A stretch of 47,199 nt of DNA from Octopus sinensis. Lineage: Eukaryota. The stretch is taken from contig NW_021835349.1 in the NCBI RefSeq assembly GCF_006345805.1, positions 1 to 47,199 of the forward strand, written 5' to 3'. Made by a program: the position numbers and the translations under genes. Below are positions 1-13,360 of this stretch, one piece after another. The notes under the pieces were generated by a model. That model worked only from the letters and a program-made list of their open reading frames with translations, was not told the origin of the DNA and searched no databases. Numbering within the stretch: the first letter of the stretch is position 1; each line of letters begins with the position of its first letter.

Positions 1-99
1 ATGTATAATTTTCACATGGAAAACTTCAAAGTTTTGCCTATATATCCTCTATCGAACTCTCTTTCTCTACCCTATTTCCGTCCCTTTCTCTATAGCTAT

Positions 100-670
<571 letters not shown>

Positions 671-2178
671 GCATACAGATAATTTAATGATGACGATTAT
701 ATCAACAATATGGCTGAAGAAAATACTCGAGGGATGGGAGGTATACTACAAACGAAATCCACATACGGTAGGGCATCACATACATTATGCAGCGAGATGA
801 ATTACTTCAATTAACCGAGGTTATCCATGTAACCAGTAAACAAAAATTTCCTTTGTGGATGCGTAAAACCTAAAAGCAACAAGCAATAGAGTTCATTACT
901 ATAATGCCAGTTAATCTAAATTTTTGGAAAATAAAAACGATGCAGATGGGAATGGTTCTCGTCTTTTAAGCCAACTGGTGAAAGCAATGAAGCATATTTA
1001 GCTGTATTGGCAAGACTTAGAAATGGCTGCAGTAAGCATCAACGGTTTTATTAGATAGACTGAAACATTCTACGTGGATATACACCATTACAGATAGCTA
1101 GAGATGAACAATTATTACCTTCTCATTGAGTTCACTAGCTTCTTATGTAGCTGTCTTTCAACGAGGGTCGCACACGATGCTAGAAACAGAAGCAAATAAC
1201 CTTCAAATCATGCAGTTTTCTTAAATGAAGAAAACACACTGGATAATGTAGTCCTACATTTTATATATTAATGTATTATTTATTAGCATATTTATATATT
1301 AATATATATAGACAATGGCCACACTTCTAACAGATTGATCTGAAGGTAAACAGTAACTAAAGCAGCAATAGTAACAACTGTATTACTACTACCACCACCA
1401 ACAACATCAATAACAATAGCAACAATAAAAATAGTACATTATCACCATTCTTTCGTCAGAAAACCTGTTTGATATTTGATAATATATATACCACTTATAA
1501 AGACCAGGTTTTCGATATGTAATCCTATATAATCAATAACCAACTCTCTCTCTCTCTGTGTAATAAAATTGTTGTCATTATTACTTATTTACTGTAGATC
1601 AACCCTCATCGAACAAATCAGATATATGATCGGCTGTATTCCTTTCGAGAGTGCTTTACCTTGTATTTTTTCCCAGTCACACTCTATTTAAAGCATTATC
1701 TAACTCACCCTTTTATCCCCCCCCCTTTTTTTTTTGCTTTTCTTTTTTAAAGATCAGGTGTTGATTTGACGGAGATTCGGCTGCAATATTTAGCAAATCG
1801 ATTGACCTCATAGTGGGCTCCTTTATTGCCAGGAATACTTTTGTATTTTTGTTGTGGACGTATTCAAAGTTAATACTATTAGTTTAAAAATGTTCGATCG
1901 TTGAAATGTTTCTGTCTATTCCCCAACCTTGTTTGATTCTGAATATTTCTGTCTTCATTTCAACAACTTTGCAACAAGCTTGTCAGATTTTATTGTTTTT
2001 ATTGCTAAAGGGTGAAAGTCTGCAGGAAAACAAACTATAATAGCATAAGAGAGCGAGACATCAGAGACTACTATAATTATCTATTGCCATGTCTGGACAG
2101 AATTTAAGACAGGGCCATTCTTCATACCATTTAGAGAACATGAACTTAGCTTCTCCGTAATGTACACACGCACACACA

Positions 2179-2223
<45 letters not shown>

Positions 2224-3170
2224 TCACATACTCCAATACACGAATATACACGCACATACACACACGCGTGCGTGCACACGCACACGAGCGCACCATTACA
2301 TATAAACACATGCGCACACGCATGAACACCCACGCACGTCGATAGGCACTCACACACATACACGCGCGCACATACACATTCACACACACACATACTATAT
2401 ACACACACTCACAACACAAACATATATATACATATACAATACATACACATATATATGAATATATATAAATATATTTCTATATATATTTGCTTTTGCACTG
2501 AAATATATATGCATTATATGTATTATATATGTATGTATGTATATACATACATATATATATTATATATACACATATATTTCTATATATGTTTACATTTGTG
2601 CTTATATATAAAAGCATATATCTGTCCTCTCTCTCTCTCTCTCTCTCGTCTATTATATATTATATATTATATTTTATATATATATATATACAAACATATA
2701 TATAATATATATATATGTTTGTATATAAATGCATAAATTCATATATGTATATATATATATAAGTGTGTATATATATGTACGTATGTGTAAGTTTGTGCTA
2801 CGCGCGCAGATGTGCATATGCATTTTTATTTATTTTAGAAATATTTTATTATCAGACGAGAAAATATTCATTATCAACATTATATCCCTTTTCAATTGTC
2901 CGGGTGTATCTAGTTGAGCAGGGTGGTATGGATGGCTTGCATTATGAACAGCATGATAGTAAGCCTTGTTATCCTGGAATACCCGAGCTATAGCAACAAC
3001 GAAGGACTCTTGCAGAGGATAGTAGTTGAGAGATATAGTGAGAAGGTGAATATTTTGAACGAGTGATAAGGATGGAGATGAGATGTGCTCACTTGACATC
3101 GGTTATCCGCTGTTTTGCACTAATCTTTTTTTCTCTAGGTACAAGGCCCAAAATTTATGGCGAGTGGGTC

Positions 3171-3220
3171 AGTCGATTAGATCGATCCCAGTACGCAACT
3201 GGTACTTAATTTATCGACCC
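3171..3220 (-). mobile_element. SINE family 2 central-domain fragment
   Basis: agtcgattagatcgatcccagtacgcaactggtacttaatttatcgaccc matches the corresponding segment of the copies at 18898-19255 and 28803-29033. Confidence 0.75.
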
Positions 3221-3714
3221 CTCTCGGGGGTCTAGAGCAGAAAAGATTACTGAAGAAAAGATTAATGCCAAAGAAAAGAGTAATGTGGAAGAAACTTTTG
3301 AATCCTCTTGTATTTATCCAAAATTCAACACACAAATACGTCGGCACAAAGATCATGGATTCCAAGATTGGGCAGTGTACTGCGTCATTGAGCGAAGGCA
3401 TATAATGTAACTGTGGTTCACTCTGTTCAGCTGGAAATGCGTACCGGACGAGTGCTGGTGCTACCTCCTTCTTTCAGGTGTCGTCGAATAGACGGTGTTC
3501 AGCTGGTTCAAGGACTGAAACATCGAAAAGCCATTTATGTCAGCTCGACGTCACATGGGTGTCTAAAATATTAAACGAAAGTGTGCTAGAAGCTTACCAT
3601 GATATACACACTGGTTAGAGATAGAGAAAATTAAGCAAGAAGCAAGAAAGCAAGAATATATATATGTGTGTACATGCTTGTGCGCACTTGTGTACGCACG
3701 CGTGTGTGAATGTG

Positions 3715-3748
<34 letters not shown>

Positions 3749-3854
3749 CACGCATATGTTCATAGTCACACACACAAGTATATAGCAAACAGAGACGCAA
3801 GATAACGGGGCTACATACCTTCATTAAAGATGACGGTCGTTCACGTTGGTATAT

Positions 3855-3869
3855 GTATACATACATACA

Positions 3870-3903
<34 letters not shown>

Positions 3904-3995
3904 CATACATACATACATACATATATACATACATACAAACATACATACATATATACATACATACATACATATATATACATACATACACACACACA

Positions 3996-4029
<34 letters not shown>

Positions 4030-4117
4030 TTTATTTTATATACCCATACAATATATATTTTAACATACACATATGCATATATATATCTATATATCTATAT
4101 CTACATCTATCTATTTA

Positions 4118-4165
<48 letters not shown>

Positions 4166-4250
4166 CATATATATGTATATAAGTATGTATGTTTTATGTA
4201 TCTATGTTTATGTATATGTATATATGTATGTAGCATGTATGTATGTATGA
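3855..4250. repeat. (TACA)n/(TA)n/(TC)n compound microsatellite
   Basis: Direct reading. Confidence 0.95.
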
Positions 4251-4644
4251 TTATCCTAAGATTATCTTAATCTGAATATTTAGAAGATCACTCCTCACAC
4301 AAGAAAAGATTCAATTTATTTTGTAAGTAGTTAAACATTTCATTTATATGCAAAGCATGCAACACTTGTACAAAGGTTTCGAAACCAATAGAATTGTTTC
4401 TATTGATTTCTTATGAAGGATTAGTTTAGAGTGGTGTCTCGTGTGTTAAAGAATATAAAAATAAAAACATAGCAACAACGAAACAAGTAAAAATGTGATA
4501 AGAAATGACTAGCTTAATAATTCATTATACAGACTATGGGGATATAATGCAGATTACGTTTAAAGTAGGTAATATCCCAATCTCTTCCATCTCTTTCTCT
4601 CCCTTCATACACATTAAGTATATGTATTAGTATGTAATGTAATG

Positions 4645-4690
4645 ATTGTATGTATGTATGTATGTATGTATGTGTATGTATGTATGTATG

Positions 4691-4766
<76 letters not shown>

Positions 4767-5010
4767 ATATGTATCTATCTATATCTATATCTATCTATCT
4801 ATCTATATATATAAACATACACACACATGTATACATGTATGTATGTATGTGTGTATGCATGCGTGTATGTATTATATGTGGCGTGGATATATGCGTATAT
4901 ATATGTATACAAACATATATTCATATACATATATATTTGCATATATATATATGCATATATATATATGTATGTATACATACACACACATACAAACTACACA
5001 CACACACACT
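4645..5010. repeat. (TATG)n/(TA)n compound microsatellite
   Basis: Direct reading. Confidence 0.95.
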
Positions 5011-5246
5011 TATATACATAGATTTGTTGATAAAAATAGGAAATTAGAAATCAAAGCTTGATGTTTTTTTCATTAACAATCAGCAGAAGTTACAGAATGA
5101 TTCAAGGTCCGAAACTTTCGTGCGCTGGCACTTACGAAGTGCAGACGAACGAAACTCTCAGCCCTTGAGTCACTCTGTATAAGCTGCTTATTAGTAATTA
5201 AAAAGTACATACTATATATATATATATATATACAAATATATATATA

Positions 5247-5648
5247 GGCGCAGGAGTGGCTGTGTGGTAAGTAGCTTGCTAACCAACCACATGGTTCCGG
5301 GTCCAGTCCCACTGCGTGGCACCTAGGGCAAGTGTCTTCTGCTATAGCCCCGGGCCGACCAATGCCTTGTGAGAGGATTTGGTAGACGGAAACTGAAAGA
5401 AGCCTGTCTTATATATGTATATTTATATATGTGTGTGTTTGTGTGTCTGTGTTTGTCCCCCTAGCATTGCTTGACAACCGATGCTGGTGTGTTTACGTCC
5501 CCGTCACTTAGCGGTTCGGCATAAGAAACCGATAGAATAAGTACTGGGCTTACAAAGAATAAGTCCCGGGGTCGATTTGCTCGACTAAAGGTGTTGCTCC
5601 AGCATGGCCGCAGTCAAATGACTGAAACAAGTAAAAGAGTAAAAGAGT
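5247..5648 (+). mobile_element. Full-length tRNA-derived SINE family 1 (~400 bp, central TA/TG tract, (AAAAGAGT)n tail)
   Basis: A-box-like TGGCTGTGTGG, B-box-like GGTCCAGTCCC and a conserved 3' domain (gacaaccgatgctggtgtgtttacgtccccg...gactgaaacaagtaaaagag); the unit recurs at 10958, 23499, 31269, 41211 and 42822. Confidence 0.9.
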
Positions 5649-5649
5649 A

Positions 5650-5690
<41 letters not shown>

Positions 5691-5717
5691 GTATGTATGT
5701 ATGTATATATATATATA

Positions 5718-7014
5718 CAAGGTCTGATCAATAAGTATCAGGACTGTTGCCTTAGTAACGAAGCTAGAGCATGCAGAGTAAAGCTGCTTGTCACAGATTG
5801 TCCATGGACTCTACTGTGAATGCTCACTAAGTTTTAACGTTCTAGCCTACTTCCGCTGTTTACAGCAGTACTTGGAAGGAAGGTGTGTAGCGCGTGATCG
5901 TCGCACTGACCATGACAGAAAGTTGTCATGGTGGCAAGTTACAGGCGACAAGTTGGCAGAAACGTTAGAAAGGCGGCGAGCTGGCAGAAACGTTAGCACG
6001 CCGGGCGAAATGCTTAGCGGTATTTAGTTTGCCTTTACGTTCTAAGTCCAAATTCCGCCGAGGTGGTTTTTGCCCTTCATCCTTTCGCGGTTGATAAATT
6101 AAGTACCAGTTACGCGCTGGCGTCGATATAATCAACTTAATCCATTTGTTTGTCCTCTCTGTGTTTAGACCCTTGTGGTAGTAAAGAAATAGGCATTTAG
6201 TCTGTCTTTACGTTCTGAGTTCAAATTCCGCCGAGGTCGACTTTGTGTTTCATCCTTTCGGGGTCGGTAAATTAAGTACCAGTTACGCACTGGGGTCGAT
6301 GTAATCGACTTAATCCCTTTGTCTGTCCTTGTTTGTCCCCTCTATGTTTTTAGTCCCTTCTGGGCAATAAAGAAATAAGGAAGTTGTCATGGTGATGCCT
6401 GTTGAGAGGCCTACACAGATTTGCAGCAAGTGTAGGGAGATGAGCTGCACACAAGTGGTTCAGACGTTTCCAGGGTGGCAGATAAAAGCTTGATATTGAC
6501 GAATGTTCTGGGAGGCCCGCAACCAGGAGAACGGAAATAACCCCATCGCAGATGTGCGTGCAACTCTGAAGGGAAGTCATCAAAGGGTGAGCAGATTAGT
6601 TACAGTTTAGTTCAGTCCATAATCACTGAAGATTTGGGTATAAGACGCGTGTCTGCCAAGTTTGTACCGAAAGGACACTTTGGTTTCAGTTGCACAAGAT
6701 CTCCTTGATTGTGTCGAGAACGATGAAAACTTTCTGGAAACTTTGCGTAGGCTTCTGAGCAGGCATTACCAAACCTTTGGCAAAATTTGATGCAGATTCT
6801 CTGCTTACTACGTCTCTCATGGTCAATGTCACGATCACACTCTACACATATTCCTTCCAAGGACTGCTGTAAACAGCAGAAGTAAGCGAGGACGTTAAAA
6901 CTTAGTGCGCAGGCAGAGCAGAGTTCAAGGTCAATCTGTGTCAAGCGGCTTCACTCTGCGTGCTTTAGCATCGTTACTATAGCAACAGTCAAGATACTTA
7001 TTGATCACACCACG
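5718..7014 (+). mobile_element. Non-autonomous mariner derivative with long inverted arms, TA TSD, interrupted by a SINE insertion
   Basis: Left end caaggtctgatcaataagtatcaggactgttgcc pairs with right end gcaacagtcaagatacttattgatcacaccacg; TA on both flanks (5716-5717, 7015-7016); internal transposase remnants IITEDLGIRRVSAKFVP (+) and QRICIKFCQRFGNACSEAYAK (-). Confidence 0.88.
5934..6380 (+). mobile_element. SINE family 2 tandem insertion (full monomer ~5970-6193 plus 5'-truncated monomer 6194-6380)
   Basis: A-box-like TGGCAGAAACGTTAG, B-box-like GAGTTCAAATTCC, central catcctttcggggtcg..aaattaagtaccag; flanked by 14-bp direct repeat aagttgtcatggtg (5920-5933, 6381-6394). Confidence 0.88.
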
Positions 7015-7221
7015 TATATAGAACAGAATGGAATAAGCAGAGCAAGAGCAAACACGAATATGGAAAGTGTCGTTGAAGTCTTCACAAATGTGTGACTAAA
7101 AATTTCCGGACAATGGACATGAAGCAAGATAAACAGAACAGTAATAAACGTGTGAAGTACGAATATATAGTGCGTGTGTTTATTTGGTAAAAAAATGAAC
7201 CTCCCAAAATACAACAATGTA

Positions 7222-7265
<44 letters not shown>

Positions 7266-7852
7266 ATGGAAGAAGATTTCAAATATAGTCAAGAACATCT
7301 GTCGACAAGTTCATATTAAAAATAGAAATGGAATAACATTAAGAAATTAAGTTTGTAATGATAAAGGTGTTCATACAGAATTAACAAATTAACAAATTAA
7401 CAAATCACATATATTAGACTATTTAGCAAATATCTCTTTATAAAAAGTAAAAATAATTTGTTATTAGAGTTAAAAGAGATAGGCATCCGTTGTGGAAGCA
7501 CTTCAATTTAAGTTCTGGCATTATTAGTTGAGAACAAAAACAATGTTATTATTAATTGAACGTGAAAAATAAAAAATGAAAGTTATATTAGCAAATTCAG
7601 TGAAATACACCTGTGAAAGCTATGCACGTTGTAAAACGAAATAAAATCATTAAAAGGGAATGATTTAAAAAATATAAAATTAAGCTCTAGGTTTTTCTGA
7701 AGTTTGTGGTAACAAAGCGAAGAGGCTTGGGTGCTGTATACCTGTTCAATATATAAATGCATACACAGAAACATATTTGCATAGAAACATTCAAATTTAC
7801 ACACGCACACACACACACACGCGCGCGCGCACACACAAATAAATGCTCACAT

Positions 7853-8010
7853 GAAGGCTTATTTCAGTTTCTGTCTAACAAATCCACTCACAAGACTTTG
7901 GTCGGCTCGAAGCTATAGTAGAAGACACTTGCCCAAGGTTCCACACAGTGGGATTGAACCCAGAATCATGCGGTTGGGGAGCAAGTTTTTCTTTTTACCA
8001 CACAGCCATG
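7853..8010 (-). mobile_element. SINE family 1, 5' (tRNA-like) half
   Basis: Reverse complement of the head of 5247-5648 (caaatccactcacaag...gacacttgcccaagg...accacacagcca). Confidence 0.85.
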
Positions 8011-9649
8011 TTTGCGTCCTTCTTTTCATTAAAACCTGTCATATCATTGGCGATATTTCGCTAATATTTCTTACAGGTCAAGTCACCATTGCTCTATGTA
8101 GAAGACTGCAACATCAGCTGCAAGCTCGCTCATTTTTCATAAAAATGTCTCTTCGTTGCTATTATTATTTAGCAACAGTTCAATCTTTTAGACCCATGAG
8201 CTAAAGCCGATATCATTCTGAATATTTTCAAACACATGAAATTTCTATGTATCTTTTTTTTTAAATGGAAAGAGTGATTTATGAGATATTTGACTGTTGT
8301 TTCTAGCAGGCCAGATAACTACATAAAAGGCTCTTTTATTGTACGTGGTTTTAAAAATGCTGATAGTAGTGATATTGTTGTTGATATTACTTACTCTCAG
8401 GTGAGCCCTGTTCGGGCAAAATAATGATTTAAGGCATTGCAACCGAGGCTATTCTTATTGTATTTTCTCAGACATAGTGTCTCCAGGACTACATTAACCA
8501 TTATTTCCGTTCGTTTTTAATTCTTTGGAGCAGTGGTTCTCTAGTTTTCTTTAACTTTATGGTACACTGGAGATAACAAGAACATTACTGTCACATTTCG
8601 CATGGACAGTTATAAAAATTAATATAAACAAAACGAAATAATGTTTTAAAGTTAAAAAAATTGGAAAAATATTTGAAAAGTACGTTTTGCTTCCTTCCTT
8701 TTATTATCATAGCAATGTATAAGGAAATTATGACTAACACATTTTTTTCATGATAATCGATTATTATTATGGATTTGGTAAGACTTCAAATCGTATTTCT
8801 AAGAATCTGTGGCTTACCGTTTGAGATTAACGTGAGTAAGGTGTGTGATCTGATGGAGATTTGGGTGTTATTCCTAGCTGGTCATGTGGCCGCATATATA
8901 GTGAGGCTCCAATGTTAGTTTATCGTGTAGAGTGATTGAAGGATGCAGAATTAAGCCGGCACTACAAAGAACGGGTCACAACGCAGGGTGAAGCAGTAGA
9001 TTTGAGCCTCGACCCTTTTGAACTGCAGTCGTATGAGTAAATTGAATAAATGCGCTACTTCACCTATGATCGTTCAAGGTGCTGTAGGAAGAAAAGGCTG
9101 TATCTCGTAAACTCTTTTTCTTTTTTGTTTTTTTTTTGCCTCGTTCTTGTTTGTCATTTTTACTTCAAATATTCCCCTTTAGGTTTAGAAACAACACAAA
9201 AAAAGGAATAAATAAAAATAAGAATAAAAGATAAAGCAAAACAATATTAAAACTGCTGTCTAAATCAAGGGCGGGGAACAGTTTTAGAAACAGGAGTAAA
9301 TCACAATTGCTTAAGAACATGTTGGGCTGAGAAAAATAACGAATCTTTAATTTTACAAATGCATAGTTACGTAACTTAAATCGTTATTCTTAATTTTTTT
9401 TTGTTTTGTCTTCAGGATCAAACCGTTTTATTTTTCATAAAGGTTTTTTGAGACTTCAACAGTAGGCGGTTTGATATGTGAATGCGGGCGAGGGATCTGC
9501 CACCTCTGATCTGAATGAAATGTTCTCATATGCACCGTGAACTTGTTTTTATAATCCTGTCCTTTGTGTAGCTTTCAGTGTTTGATCTTATTGGAATATT
9601 TGATGAAAAATGGTGGATGTGTGGGCGGGTTGTTTGATCTTGTTATTAT

Positions 9650-10255
9650 GCTCAGTGTGTGTATGTGCATGTGTATGCACACGCTTGTATGTGCTTGTGT
9701 GTGTATGTGTGTGTGTGAGGCGTGTGCGTGTGTGTGTGTAAAGTGAGTAGAGACTGCTTTGAAAGAGCTGATGTTGATATATTCTCATGTAATGTTTTAC
9801 AATTGGTTTATGAAGTAGATACGGAAAATGTCTGGTTCTCTTGATTGTGTGCGCGTGTTTGTGTGTGTGTGTGCGTGTGCGTGCGTGTTTGTGTGTGTGT
9901 ATGTGTGTGCGTGCGTGTTTGTGTGTGTGTATGTGTGTGCGTGCGTATGTAAGCGTGTGTATGAATCCGTATATATAAGAGTGTGTACATGTGTCCGAGT
10001 GTGTGAATGTGTATAAATCCATGTTTGTCAGTCCGTGTGTGTGTGCATGCATGTGTGTGTACGTGTGTCTATGTAATCCATGTGTGTGCGAAACGATGTG
10101 CATGTAAGCGTGTACATGAAACAGTGTGCGTGTGTGTGAATGTCTGTGTGCGGGTCCATAGGTGTATGAATCCGTATGCGTATGAGTGCGTGCATATCAT
10201 ATGCGTATCTGTGACCATGTGTCTGTGACCATGTGTGTCTGACCGTGTGTGATTT
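9650..10255. repeat. (GT)n-rich degenerate microsatellite field
   Basis: Direct reading; explains the CVCV/HTHT pseudo-ORFs. Confidence 0.85.
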
Positions 10256-10668
10256 TTACGAACATTAAAAAATACATTTGCCATTAATAGCCTAATCAGA
10301 TGTTTGTATTTGGGATAATTTGTAATTAATCAGTAATTTACTGCGACTTGGAGGCCTTTAGAAGTTACAAAAAAAAATACACTTAAAGAAATAAAAAAAA
10401 AAACAGAACAAATAAAACTAAACAAAACGAAGTTAGCGTGGCATATGGCTGAATTGATAATGATTCAGTCAATAGATCGATGAATAGGCGTTTCGAACCC
10501 TGTCGGTGGTGAACCTCATTTCAATTACAGCATCCCACTTCACATAGTTGTAAATAGGTACCACAATTTGGTATTCGTTTATTTGGGTTTATCTAAAGAC
10601 AGAATTATGTAAGGAAAACATACAATTAAACTCTGAACAAAGTTGGAGTTTTATAAAACAAAAGTGTT

Positions 10669-11514
10669 GGATCTTTTCGGTTTGAACGGCAGGTTTTTGA
10701 AAATAATTTTTACGTAACTAAACACTTTTAAACTTCGTATACTGGTAGAATGTGTTTATAAAACATCTTTTTCTGTTGGCTTTATTGAGAAAATTCTATA
10801 GTTTGTAAGATATTTGTTGTTTTTTTCCTTCAATTTCTGCAATTTCAACCAATCAATGACGTCTATTGAGGGGAAAACATTCTGTGCCGTATGAATATGT
10901 CCCTCGTTTAAGAAACAGATTGGGTTTATTTACATTTCTGAAGAAAAAAAAGATACCAGGAGTGGCTGTGTGGTAAGTAGCTTGCCTACCAACCACATAG
11001 TTCTAGGTTCAGTCCCACTGCGTGGCATCTTGGGCAAGTGTCTTCTGCTATAGCCCCGGGCCGACCAATGCCTTGTGAGTGGATTTGGTAGACAGAAACT
11101 GAAAGAAGCCTGTCGTATATGTGTATATATATAAATATGTATGTGTGTGTGTTTGTGTGTCTGTGTTTGTCCCCTTAGCATTGCTTGACAACCGATGCTG
11201 GTGTGTTTATGTCCCCGTCACTTAGCGGTTCGGCAAAAAGAGACCGATAGAATAAGTACTGGGCTTACAAAAACAATAAGTCCCGGGGTCGAGTTGCTCG
11301 ATTAAAGGCGGTGCTCCAGCATGGCCGCAGTCAAATGACTGAAACAAGTAAAAAGAGAAAAAGAGAAAGATACCCTTTCCCCCACCCCTAATCCTAACTA
11401 ACCCTAACCCTAAAACAGATTGAAATGCTATAGATCGATACTAGGGTCATAATTATGGGTGACAATTTCATATGACACTGCTAGAAAAAACTGCCATTCA
11501 AACCGAAAAGATCC
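10669..11514 (+). mobile_element. MITE with 24-bp TIRs and 8-bp TSD (Merlin-like), copy 1, interrupted by SINE family 1
   Basis: TIRs ggatcttttcggtttgaacggcag / ctgccattcaaaccgaaaagatcc; TSD aaagtgtt (10661-10668, 11515-11522); the interior aligns with uninterrupted copy 25258-25668. The Merlin label is inferred from GG termini plus 8-bp TSD. Confidence 0.85.
10958..11365 (+). mobile_element. SINE family 1, near full length, nested in MITE
   Basis: Matches 5247-5648; 9-bp TSD aaagatacc (10949-10957, 11366-11374). Confidence 0.92.
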
Positions 11515-11824
11515 AAAGTGTTTTTGTTGTTGCTGTGCTTTGTCTATGTCAATCACTGCTTGGTGAAGATATATGGTCAAATATGTTTCAACCGTGACCA
11601 TCACCTCTTCTATTCAGGTGTAAAGTGTCTAAGACAAAGATTCGTATCTTTGGTTAAATTAGTGAGTAGTGGTTTCGAGCGAGTTTTGGCTGCCATTGTG
11701 AATAAGTCAGTCGACAGATAGAGAGTTGCAAGCACAGTAGAGTGCTGTGGGGGTGTTATTTGAAGAATATTTCTCTGTTGCTATTACTGTCTGTTTAAGT
11801 CGGCATGTGTCTGAGTGTGTGTAT

Positions 11825-11992
11825 AAGGCATGGGTGTGTGTTAAGAAACTTGCTTCCCAATCACATGGTTCCGGTTTCAGTCCCACTGCGTAGCACCTTG
11901 GGCAAGTGTCTTTTACTATAGCCACGGGCCAATCAAAGCTGCGTGAGTGGATTTGGTAGATGGAGATTGAAATAAGCCCGTCATATACATAT
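11825..11992 (+). mobile_element. SINE family 1, 5' half
   Basis: ttcagtcccactgcgtagcaccttgggcaagtgtc...gtggatttggtaga matches the family head. Confidence 0.85.
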
Positions 11993-11999
11993 ACCGTAA

Positions 12000-12112
12000 A
12001 ACTTATGTTATGATTCCACATTCGTGGATCATCGAGAGCTTAGATCTTTTTGGAATTGCCGGTAATATAAAGTGTTTCCTGAAGAGAAGTATGGTGGGAT
12101 GGAAACACAGGT
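12000..12112 (+). pseudogene. Short reverse-transcriptase fragment of an RLE-type (R4/Dong-like) non-LTR retrotransposon
   Basis: Translation MIPHSWIIESLDLFGIAGNIKCFLKRSMVGWK resembles the D..PHSWI..L...G....I..FL...M..W segment following the RT KAFD/KAYD motif. Confidence 0.65.
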
Positions 12113-12174
12113 TTTGTTGGAGATCCTGGAATCTTGCATGCGTAGCGGGCCTGCAAACTGCAGCCCGCGGTAGC

Positions 12175-13295
12175 ATGTTCTCCGTTCTTTCCAGCTGTCT
12201 AATACTTTCCTGATTATTCTATCCGTGTCAAGGAGGCGAACCTTTTGTTACAGTTCTACTGGGTACTCGATTCCGATTTCTTTTATATTCCCCTTGATGC
12301 CTTCTGATGCTGTTTCCAAGGACCAAACAATAATTCACCTTCTACATTTTCCATAGCCGTACTATTTCGTACATAAGTTTTTATCTATCTTTCGTCTTCT
12401 TTCTTCACTATTCGTAGATCAAAGGGACATGCACATGTGGTGCACCTTGTCGACCACCACTAGATCCGGTCTGTTATGTTCTAGGACCTGATCAGTGGTT
12501 GGATTGTGCTCATACCAGTACGATTTGTGCTTATACTGCATCATGCCTCTCTCTAGCCCCCACTTTCCGCACAGTTTCCAGTGAAGTACTTTTGCTACCT
12601 GATCGTGTCGCCACAACTTGTAGTGGTTGTAGGCAAGTCTAGGACATTCGTTCGTGATACGGACAATAGTTTCATCCACCCGATTGCAGATGCGGCACAG
12701 CAGAGACACTTGCCCATTCCTAAGGTTGACCCTCTAGCTCGTGGCTAAAACTTGGTCTTGCGTTGCCAGTATAGTGTTTTCGGTCTCTTTTATAATGTTC
12801 CTTTCATCAGCCAACTTCTGTTGCGGCTACATGAAATTGATTGTGTAGTCACCTTCTAGCGTAATTCTTCTTCACATCCTTTTTCTACTTCTTCCTTTGT
12901 TTTCCCTTTTCTCTCTGCTCTCAATACCCCCTCATTCCCAACTGACACTAGCAAGGTTTCCTTACTTTGGGCTAGGTATCTAATTAAGCTCTCGAGTTCG
13001 ATACGTATGCAGTCTTCCACACTTCCCAGCTCCCTTCTAGTTGTTCTCTTCATGTACAAGCAATCAGAGTCTACACGTGGTTGATGGGCTCCATGCATCG
13101 TTAGGAGCTTCCTTGACTTCCTGTACATCTCCTTTAGCTCCTCCTGTGTCCACTTCAGGATTCCAGCACCATACCGAACTTCTGCGACTGCGCGCGAGTT
13201 TATTGCCGAAATTGTTTCTGGTATTCAACTTTGAAGCCAATATTTATCTCACTCGCCGCAGGTACTCTCTTTTTGTCTTTTCCTTCATGTCACTG

Positions 13296-13297
<2 letters not shown>
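12175..13297 (-). pseudogene. Decayed 3' part of an RLE-encoding non-LTR retrotransposon (R4/Dong-like): RT thumb, CCHC knuckle, PD-(D/E)xK endonuclease
   Basis: KEYLRRVR.ILASKLN, RKSRKLLTMHGAH, CRICNRVDETIVRITNECP..AY..Y..RHDQVAKVLHW, HNRPDLVVVDK; multiple stops and frameshifts. Confidence 0.88.

Positions 13298-13360
<63 letters not shown>

Noticed and set aside
705-770. CTGAAGA ... GAAA spacing resembling a hammerhead core
   Set aside because: No stem II closes next to GAAA and there is no stem I/III pairing.
3240-3410. Open frame KITEEKINAKEKSNVEETFESSCIYPKF...
   Set aside because: No recognisable homology, no convincing donor site, ends in a stop.
8525-8560. cagtggttctc, and gttgagaactactg near 25780-25795, resembling hAT MITE termini
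   Set aside because: Only isolated single ends, 17 kb apart, with no shared TSD; cannot be delimited as an element.
9579-9614. CLILLEYLMKNG after a ctttcag acceptor, reminiscent of the ENTH-domain helix (LLL.YL..NG)
   Set aside because: Downstream residues do not continue the ENTH pattern (SERV...), there is no good donor, and no other epsin-like exon is found in the window.
12000-13297. Twin-priming 5' inversion as the explanation for the opposed RT and RLE fragments
   Set aside because: The inverted piece lies at the 3' rather than the 5' end of the element.
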